Of a DNA stretch of 64,000 bases, positions 20,123 through 27,145 are shown one piece after another. The position numbers were made by a program, and so were the translations under genes. Origin of the DNA: an uncultured Bacilli bacterium (GTDB taxonomy: Bacteria > Bacillota_I > Bacilli_A > RF39 > UBA660); NCBI GenBank assembly GCA_934182615.1, contig CAKPRO010000009.1, positions 5,282 to 69,281 of the forward strand. Direction: 5' to 3'. The stretch's first letter is position 1. The number at the start of each line of letters is the position of its first letter. Under the pieces are notes generated by a model, which was given only the letters and a program-made list of their open reading frames with translations, was not told the origin of the DNA and searched no databases.

Positions 20123-21775
20123 TCACACTAAACTAATAAACCCTACTTTATCACTACTGTAATCATCATCTAAATCAGCACCAGCATATACAATACCAAC
20201 AACTTCTCTTTTTTTATTTAAAACCGGGCCACCACTCATTCCATGTTTTGGAGAATCTTTAGTTACCCAAAATTCTCTTCCAAGAAAAGTATCTTTACCA
20301 ATTATTTTGGTTTCTATAATTGAAATACTCGTCCTATCAAAGTCTACAAAGCCCGGATAACCAACTAAATATACAGTATCTCCCATCATAGGTTTATTTT
20401 TTGAAATGTTAAAAAACTTACTATTAAAATTAATATTTTTGATACATAAAATATCGGTCTTATAATTATTTTCCTCTATTTTATAATTCAAAAAAAGTTT
20501 ACTCGTTTTATTTTTTAAATAAAAGAAAGGTAAATTTCCATCATCAGGTATAATAGGAAACTGTCTTAAATATTGAGTGTCATTTTCATCATAAATAAAA
20601 TCTTTAATGGTAGTTTTATTTATTAAAACATGAGTTGAAGTATGCAATATATTATTTTTTATCAGAAATGCTGTACCTTGAGAATCTTCAGCTTCTGACT
20701 GTAAAACAAAACATCTATCTTCTGTATACTTTTGAATTTCCAATATACTATCAACATCAAACAGTTCAACGCTAAATAGCTCGTTAAATTCTTTAGCATA
20801 TTTTAAAAACATCTTATCATTATAACCTCTTACCATTTTTAAATAATTTAATTTTCCTTGTAGCAAATTAAACATTTTATATTTTGCATCCTTTTCAGTG
20901 TCAAATTTAAAATTTTTAAAATTCTTTTGAGCTGTTATTATAAAGCCATATTTTTTTATGGAATAAAGCATTGCGCGAACTTCTTTTATATATTTTTTAT
21001 TTAAATTTAATTTAGTATTTACTATTACACCTGTTACCTCTTGACGTAACATTTTTTTTGAAAGTTTAGTTTTTGCATTATTTACTTTAAATCCTGTATT
21101 ATAACCACCATTAATTATTTTGATTAATCTATCAGATAAAACTATTTCACTGGATTGTTTATATGCTATTTGTAAAGGAAATTTATCACTATTTGTAGAT
21201 ATTGTTATATCATCAGCATATCTACTATAAATACATCTATTTTTTTTTGATAAATGTTCTAATTCTTTATCCATTTGATAACATATAATATTAGATATTA
21301 TCGGTGATGTTGGGGCTCCTTGAGGCAATTTACCATCTTTACAAACTATTTTTGCAAGAAAAGTAGCTAAATGCCTATTGAAATTAAAAGGTTTACCCAT
21401 AAACATTCCACGAACTCTACCAAAATGTATTGTATCAAAAAAATTTTCTAAATCAATATTTAATACAAATCTTTTTCCTACATGTTGACTTGCATTAGTT
21501 ACACAACTTCTGTTTTTTATAAAACCATGTTGAACATCTAAAAAATCATAACAATCATATAATAATGTTGCTAATCTTTGTTGTATTACTTTTAATTCAA
21601 TTGTAGGCGCAGAAATTTTTCTTATACCGCCATTTTTTTTAGGAATTTCAAAGCTTATATAATTTTCTTCTTTTACAAATAAAATATAATTTAAATATCC
21701 TTTAGATATATTTAAAATGCTACATAAATCATCAACGCTATCAATCTCTAAAAATATATAATTTTTATGCAACAT
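20123..21775 (-). CDS. Retron-type reverse transcriptase fused to a C-terminal trypsin-like serine protease
   Basis: RT motifs: NASQH (NAxxH), QGAPTSP, RYADDITIS, EVTGVIVN (VTG). C-terminal H/D/S triad candidates: TSTHVL, TDILCIK, GMSGGPV. Start set at the ATG 6 nt after SD gaggtg. Confidence 0.8.
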   Translation of the reverse strand: MLHKNYIFLEIDSVDDLCSILNISKGYLNYILFVKEENYISFEIPKKNGGIRKISAPTIELKVIQQRLATLLYDCYDFLDVQHGFIKNRSCVTNASQHVGKRFVLNIDLENFFDTIHFGRVRGMFMGKPFNFNRHLATFLAKIVCKDGKLPQGAPTSPIISNIICYQMDKELEHLSKKNRCIYSRYADDITISTNSDKFPLQIAYKQSSEIVLSDRLIKIINGGYNTGFKVNNAKTKLSKKMLRQEVTGVIVNTKLNLNKKYIKEVRAMLYSIKKYGFIITAQKNFKNFKFDTEKDAKYKMFNLLQGKLNYLKMVRGYNDKMFLKYAKEFNELFSVELFDVDSILEIQKYTEDRCFVLQSEAEDSQGTAFLIKNNILHTSTHVLINKTTIKDFIYDENDTQYLRQFPIIPDDGNLPFFYLKNKTSKLFLNYKIEENNYKTDILCIKNINFNSKFFNISKNKPMMGDTVYLVGYPGFVDFDRTSISIIETKIIGKDTFLGREFWVTKDSPKHGMSGGPVLNKKREVVGIVYAGADLDDDYSSDKVGFISLV

Positions 21776-21789
21776 ATTCATCACCTCAG

Positions 21790-21937
21790 TGTAAAAAGGA
21801 CTCATACATTGTACTATTATATTAAATAATAAATAGTATAAGGTATATTAAACGAAATAATTAATTTATAATACCTAAATGTAACTAACATTTTTTTAAC
21901 CATGGCGAAACACTCATGAGGTGCAGTCCTTTTTACA
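21790..21937 (-). ncRNA. Candidate retron msr-msd
   Basis: 13-bp perfect inverted repeat, tgtaaaaaggact (21790-21802) / agtcctttttaca (21925-21937). It brackets ~120 nt with several hairpins, and a G follows the 5' arm on the RNA strand. The 3' arm ends 15 nt before the RT start. Confidence 0.45.
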
Positions 21938-22216
21938 AGATAATATATTAACATAGATTTAGGTCTTTTACAAGCTTTTGCCTACTCTTCCATAAGAATT
22001 TCTAATTTATAATTAATTTTCAATTATTATATTCTTGTCAGTTATTTCTTCATGAACTTTAATATCAACATTATACTTCCTATTGATACCTCTATTTCAT
22101 CTGCAGTAATATTAAGCACAAGTTCTTCACTTAATAACTTAATATCATTTGCCTCATTTTTCCAAATTTCTCTTAAATTTATTATTTTTTCTAACCTTCC
22201 TAAACTATAATCCTTT

Positions 22217-23266
22217 TTAATCCTTCAAAAATTCTAAATATCTGCTATATTGATCAACTAGTATATTTTTTATGTATTGTTCCATATATTCATAATCAGG
22301 ATTATTGTTTTTATCTACTGGTAACAAAATTTTTTCTTTACTAATTCTAAAATCATTTATTTCTCTATTAAAACTATATTTATTTCCTATTCTTGAAACT
22401 ATGGCTGTTAAAAATAAATAAATATACTTATTATACTTATTATTTTTTAGTGCTGTAATATGATCACTACCAATAAAATCATATTGATGATAAAAGGTGG
22501 CCCCAACTGAACCACTATTAGCGATAGTTAAACAATTATTAAATTTTTTTCCTTCTTTGTTACTAATAAAATTATCTACACCATTATTCATCATTGTTGA
22601 GGAAATGTACGGAATGTTTCCTGCTTTATGATTGCTCTTTTTTAATCTTTTTCCTCTTTCAATAATTGAAAATATACAATTAATATCAAATTCTTTCCAT
22701 TGTTTTTCTGATAATTCAAGGATTTGTTTATATTCAATATTTGATATACTTTTATTACAATATTTTTTCACCAAATCTAATTTATCGTCTAATATTTCAG
22801 CTATACTATTTTCCATGTATTGATAATTTACTGTTTCATCGTCATTTATGGGAAGAATAATTTTCAATTTAGACAAATCCTTACTTGATAACTGATTTCC
22901 ATATGAAAAATTATCTGTATTTGCCATAATTATAACTTTAAAATATTCAGCTAAGTTTTTATTTAAGGTATGTTCTTTTAATATTAATGCATGAACTTTC
23001 ATATCCAATGAAGCCTTATACGGATGATAAAAAACGCTACCCAAAAATGAAACACTTATAAAATTTTCATAAACTCTAAAATTAGGGTTACTTGACTCGC
23101 AATATGAATCAATACCATTATTTGTATCTCTAACTGTTATTCTAGGAATTGATCCTGGCTTTAATTCAGACTTATTTATATAAGCACCTGTTGGTACTTG
23201 ATTTTCAGTTGTTTCAAAAATATCACTTATTCTAAATATTTTCCATTTGATACCATTATCATTCAT
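22217..23266 (-). CDS. Restriction-modification specificity subunit (HsdS/BcgIB-like, two target-recognition domains)
   Basis: Two similar halves, each ending in a conserved helical spacer. Overlaps the upstream methylase gene by 8 nt. Confidence 0.8.
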   Translation of the reverse strand: MNDNGIKWKIFRISDIFETTENQVPTGAYINKSELKPGSIPRITVRDTNNGIDSYCESSNPNFRVYENFISVSFLGSVFYHPYKASLDMKVHALILKEHTLNKNLAEYFKVIIMANTDNFSYGNQLSSKDLSKLKIILPINDDETVNYQYMENSIAEILDDKLDLVKKYCNKSISNIEYKQILELSEKQWKEFDINCIFSIIERGKRLKKSNHKAGNIPYISSTMMNNGVDNFISNKEGKKFNNCLTIANSGSVGATFYHQYDFIGSDHITALKNNKYNKYIYLFLTAIVSRIGNKYSFNREINDFRISKEKILLPVDKNNNPDYEYMEQYIKNILVDQYSRYLEFLKD

Positions 23267-25172
23267 TCTTATCACCTTCGGTCTCAAATAAATATCCTCT
23301 TCCGTGAGTAATCATATTAATTTCAAATGTTAAATAATCAGCTATAGCGTTTTCAAAACAATCATTATTGGGAATTTCATCATTGAAATAAAAGTAAGAA
23401 TGTAACCATTCATCTTCCGCTTCAACAGTCGTTTCTACACAAAATTTAGTTGGAGCTTCTATTTTATCAAACCATACATCCAACAAATGTTGCTTTCTAT
23501 CCTTTGCACGTTCAGTTTCGACAAGCCCTTTGTGTTTTTGAACTTCAAATCCATCGTCTGAAAAATCAATGAATTTACATAATTTGTTTCTATCATGTGG
23601 TATACCTGCGGTAAAAATTGCAATACAAGGATTTGTTCCAACTCCATAAAAAGTATTTGTGTTTAGAGTAATTACTCCCTCTAAAGTGTGATGTAATAAT
23701 ATACTTTCTTTTATATTTTGTTCATTCTTATTTTTACCCGTCATTGTACTTTGAGGTACAATGACAATAACCTTACCGCCAACTACGATGCTGTCTAATA
23801 AATGTTCAACAAAGCTAAGTTCACATTTTTCAGGGCTTATTTTTCCCATTGAGTATGGGGGATTCATCATGCCTACTGTTGCACCCTTTAATTGTACTTT
23901 GCTAGAATCCTGTGCTAAAAAATCATCACATATTAGATTACTTTTCCCATCGCCACGCAAAATCATATTTGTAGTTGCAATAGTAAACATATATGGTTGA
24001 AGTTCAAAGCCATGTAGTTGGTTCCTTTTAATTGCCATCTTTTCCTGATTATTAGATGTTTTTCCAAGCATGTCGTGCATAGCTGAAACAAGGAATCCAG
24101 CCGTTCCACAGCATGGATCCAACACCACATCTGTAGATTTCAACTCTATTAAATCGCAAAATAAATTGCATATATGTTTTGGTGTTAAAACAATTCCCAA
24201 TGATTGCCCATCTCCACCAGAATAACTCATAAATTCTCCATAAAATCTACCCAAATAGTCTTCTGATGTCTGATTATATCTAATAGTTTTATATAGCTTG
24301 TTATATAAATATTCAGTATAAAATTTTAATGGGGTTTTACCTAAAATATCGTTTTTTTCATTCAAAATGACAGTGTCTTTTATTATAGCAAATTGTGATA
24401 AAAGTTTATCTTTCTTTGTTTCTGGAGATACTTGTGATCGATCTAAATTATCTCGTATTGCATTATAAATTTTCAAACCATCTGTTTTTAATTTGTCACC
24501 AATTAAATCGTCAATAGAGAAATTCTTATGTTCTATTTCTTTTAAAGCCAATAATATTCCACTTACAACCAAAGGCTTGTCTTTATCGCTTAAATTACCA
24601 TAATTTCTTAAATATTCATGCAATTCTTTTGCATCTTTTAGTATTTCTTCAGTCGTCTTTTCATCATCTGTGTTTTCCTTTAAAATTTCTCTAACATAAT
24701 ATTCATCAATATTATTCTCATTAAAAGAAATAAAACTTTCTACTTCCGGTAAATCTATAAAATATTCTCTACCATCTAAATATATTGGCTTTATGACGTG
24801 ATGTTTTTCATCTCCGCTAATTCCAAATGCAATAGCTTTTTTGTAATTAGTGTTTTCTAATATGTGATTTGCATAAAAATATGCCCCATTTAAGGCATAA
24901 TCAGTTATTGATGATACGCTTAAATTTAAAATACCATTTTCATCATATTTTGCTTGTTTATCTGTGGAATACTTGTCTTCAATTACTAAAACAAAATCTT
25001 TTACAACCCCTACATATTCTGGAAATCCCACATTACCTGTGCCTTTTTTTGATGCAGTTTTTAATGCATAATCTAATTCTTTAATATTGCTTCCTTGTGC
25101 ATCTAATGTTATTCCAGCATCTTTTAATAAATCATAAACCCACAAATCAGTTCTAACTTCTTTTTTTGCCAT
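23259..25172 (-). CDS. Fused PD-(D/E)xK-like nuclease plus gamma-class N6-adenine methyltransferase (BcgIA-like, type IIB candidate)
   Basis: N-terminus GFPEYVGVVKDFVLVIEDK (E...ExK), AdoMet motif VLDPCCGTAGFL, catalytic MMNPPY. There is no HsdR-like helicase gene anywhere in the window. Confidence 0.7.
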   Translation of the reverse strand: MAKKEVRTDLWVYDLLKDAGITLDAQGSNIKELDYALKTASKKGTGNVGFPEYVGVVKDFVLVIEDKYSTDKQAKYDENGILNLSVSSITDYALNGAYFYANHILENTNYKKAIAFGISGDEKHHVIKPIYLDGREYFIDLPEVESFISFNENNIDEYYVREILKENTDDEKTTEEILKDAKELHEYLRNYGNLSDKDKPLVVSGILLALKEIEHKNFSIDDLIGDKLKTDGLKIYNAIRDNLDRSQVSPETKKDKLLSQFAIIKDTVILNEKNDILGKTPLKFYTEYLYNKLYKTIRYNQTSEDYLGRFYGEFMSYSGGDGQSLGIVLTPKHICNLFCDLIELKSTDVVLDPCCGTAGFLVSAMHDMLGKTSNNQEKMAIKRNQLHGFELQPYMFTIATTNMILRGDGKSNLICDDFLAQDSSKVQLKGATVGMMNPPYSMGKISPEKCELSFVEHLLDSIVVGGKVIVIVPQSTMTGKNKNEQNIKESILLHHTLEGVITLNTNTFYGVGTNPCIAIFTAGIPHDRNKLCKFIDFSDDGFEVQKHKGLVETERAKDRKQHLLDVWFDKIEAPTKFCVETTVEAEDEWLHSYFYFNDEIPNNDCFENAIADYLTFEINMITHGRGYLFETEGDKNE

Positions 25173-25362
25173 AATACATATTCTCCTTCATAATTTTTTC
25201 TTCTATAGCCTCTAATACAAATTTATTAAAGCTATAATTTTTTCTTCCATTTTTCTTTTTTATTTTTTGAACATAATCTGAAATCTGAAAAAACAAATTC
25301 TTATCTAATCTTAATAAATAAGTTTCCTTTTTTTCATTCTCATTAAGATCTTGTTTTTTCAT
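25153..25362 (-). CDS. Small ribbon-helix-helix-like protein (possible controller of the RM operon)
   Basis: YLLRLDKNLFFQISDYV...SFNKFVLEAIEEKI looks like strand-helix-helix. Overlaps the methylase start by 20 nt. Confidence 0.4.
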   Translation of the reverse strand: MKKQDLNENEKKETYLLRLDKNLFFQISDYVQKIKKKNGRKNYSFNKFVLEAIEEKIMKENMYYGKKRS

Positions 25363-25520
25363 ATTTTCACCTTCTTTACTGTGATATCTTTATATCTTGA
25401 TATAATGATATCATATTTTTGAAATTTAATCAAGAGATTGGGATTATTCCTATAAAATAATTTTGCATAGAAACACAAATTCAGTGCTGGCCATGCAACA
25501 AACACTATTCTACTAACTAA

Positions 25521-25547
25521 AAACACTACCATTTCTGATAGTGTTAA
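25521..25547 (-). terminator. Hairpin aacacta/tagtgtt with a short U-run (weak terminator)
   Basis: 7-bp stem with a 10-nt loop. Lies between the junction promoter and the RHH gene. Confidence 0.35.
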
Positions 25548-25635
25548 TTACTTTAATAATATCTTTTTAATCTTAATAATCCATTTTTTTCCATAGTTAT
25601 TTGGTTTTAGTTTTTATACATTTGCTTTTTTTGGC

Positions 25636-25864
25636 CACCACCTGAAGTTATTATATCATAGTTTTTTTCCATATATGACTATATGATTATTTTTCTAATT
25701 CTATTTATATAATACTATTTCTCTATACTAAAATAATATTAGTATATAGTTATTGCTTATATATAATAGATGTAATAGGCATATTGTTATTAGACCCTAG
25801 GCTAATAACAACACTAATAAGACTTACATAGTAAGGCTTATAGTGAACATAATAAAATATATAT
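25636..25864 (-). repeat. Junction element J2: hairpin pair + extended -10 promoter + SD (direct repeat of 29853-30079)
   Basis: Aligns end to end with J3; the first 32 nt and last 45 nt are identical. TGaTATAAT on the minus strand (25650-25658). Hairpins at 25786-25809 and 25812-25855. Confidence 0.85.
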
Positions 25865-25866
25865 AA

Positions 25867-26170
25867 TTATTTATTATTAACTATCTCATCTAATTTACTT
25901 CTTATAATACTTTCTTCTCTACTACCATTAGTAGTTAATCTTATTAATGGTATATTATATTTAGATAGAATATCATTCTTTAATATATCTCTTTCTTTTT
26001 GTTTATTATCTTCTTTATGATATTTATATCCATCTACTTCTACCGCTAATAATGGTATTTTACTTATTTTATTATATATTAAGAAATCTATATGAGTATT
26101 ATGGTGAGAAGCATATTTTCTTTCTTCTTCTGTTAATAATGTCTTATCTTTTATTAATATATTTAAAATT
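25867..26170 (-). pseudogene. Start-less DUF2726-like fragment (about 100 codons)
   Basis: Hand translation gives ...HIDFLIYNKISKIPLLAVEVDGYKYHKEDNKQKERDILKNDILSKYNIPLIRL..., which matches the DUF2726 pattern. No ATG, GTG or TTG in frame. Begins right at the stop of the upstream gene. Confidence 0.5.
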
Positions 26171-26713
26171 TTATTTATGTTTTCTTTTATACAAGTATAC
26201 TCCTCCTGATATTACTCCTATACCTAAGATTGTGTTTAATAAACTATTACTATCCTTTTCATCTTCAATATTATTATCTTCAATATTTTTACTAGTGGAT
26301 ATAATGCAACTTCCATCATCAACCTCTGCTTCTGGATCATAGTTGTCTGCTGATGGATTTTTACATCCTAGTACATAATATTCACAGGTTCCGTCATCTT
26401 TATTTGCTGATGAATTATAGTTCTTTGCTGTTTCATCTGTGCATCCATATGTATAATAGATACAACTTCCATCATCTCTATTAGCACTAGAATTATAATT
26501 ACTTGCATTTTTGTCTGTGCACCCATAAATATAGGTAACTGTTGGTGTACATGTACAACTAGGACTTAAAGTACCATCATTACAAACCAATCTTCCAGAA
26601 CTACTACAGCCACTAACACCACCATGATGAGAACAACACCCTCTCGTTGCACTAACTTTTAATGGCATTAATAGTATAATGCACACTAAAATTACTATTA
26701 TTTTTTTCTTCAT
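26171..26713 (-). CDS. Secreted or membrane-anchored Cys-rich repeat protein
   Basis: Signal peptide, GCCSHHGGVSGC motif, 3x GC(T/K)D..A.NY(N/D)..A..DDG(S/T)C repeats, and a C-terminal TM segment plus KRKHK. Confidence 0.7.
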   Translation of the reverse strand: MKKKIIVILVCIILLMPLKVSATRGCCSHHGGVSGCSSSGRLVCNDGTLSPSCTCTPTVTYIYGCTDKNASNYNSSANRDDGSCIYYTYGCTDETAKNYNSSANKDDGTCEYYVLGCKNPSADNYDPEAEVDDGSCIISTSKNIEDNNIEDEKDSNSLLNTILGIGVISGGVYLYKRKHK

Positions 26714-26733
26714 TAAATATCACCTTACCACAA

Positions 26734-26779
26734 AAAAAGACGCAGCACAAAATCTATTAAATAGACCTGTACTAGCGTC
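26734..26779 (-). terminator. 46-nt hairpin terminator, copy 1 (near-identical to 29557-29603)
   Basis: aaaaagacgcagcacaaaatctattaaatagacctgtactagcgtc. On the minus strand, gacgc...gcgtc is followed by a run of seven T. Confidence 0.7.
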
Positions 26780-26875
26780 CTTATTTAATTATTTTTAATT
26801 CTTTTAATATTTTACCATGTTTTTGTTTACATTATCTTATTCTTTCTTTATTAATTTAAAATTTTGAATATTTTA

Positions 26876-27145
26876 TTATAGTTCATTAATTCCAGTAACT
26901 ATTTTGTTAACGACTTCAACTATACTATCATATACGACTTTTGAAATTTTATCATTAGAGCTATCAAAATCGGTAGACTTATTTATTTTAATAATATCAC
27001 CTTTTTTAAATTCCTTAAACAAAGCCTCATATAGTTTTTTACCATCCACATTTAGCGTACTTTTAGGAATTTCAAATATCTCCACATTTTCGCTTTTAAT
27101 AATATATTTGTCATTGTTATTATACATCGTATATATTTTTGTCAT
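26876..27145 (-). CDS. Small protein (89 aa) translationally overlapping the PHP-ATPase gene
   Basis: SD aaaggtgg before the ATG at 27145. Overlaps the upstream stop by 26 nt. No motif recognised. Confidence 0.5.
   Translation of the reverse strand: MTKIYTMYNNNDKYIIKSENVEIFEIPKSTLNVDGKKLYEALFKEFKKGDIIKINKSTDFDSSNDKISKVVYDSIVEVVNKIVTGINEL

Noticed and set aside
20123-21805. RT as a group II intron maturase, or as the RT of the DGR-like target at 63.8 kb
   Set aside because: No intron RNA domains, X/En domains or IGxxxSQ motif are present. NAxxH and VTG motifs and the upstream a1/a2 repeat indicate a retron. No template repeat matching 63775-63875 lies nearby.
22217-25172. Classical type I RM system (hsdM/hsdS)
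   Set aside because: No hsdR-like gene exists anywhere in the window, and the methylase N-terminus looks like a PD-(D/E)xK nuclease rather than HsdM_N. A type IIB-like reading is preferred, but it is unverified.
25359-25532. 57-codon hydrophobic minus-strand ORF (MVVFLVSRIVFVAWPALNLCFY...) as a type I toxin
   Set aside because: It has no SD, its start lies inside a hairpin, and its end overlaps the RHH gene's SD and start region. It cannot be supported from sequence alone.
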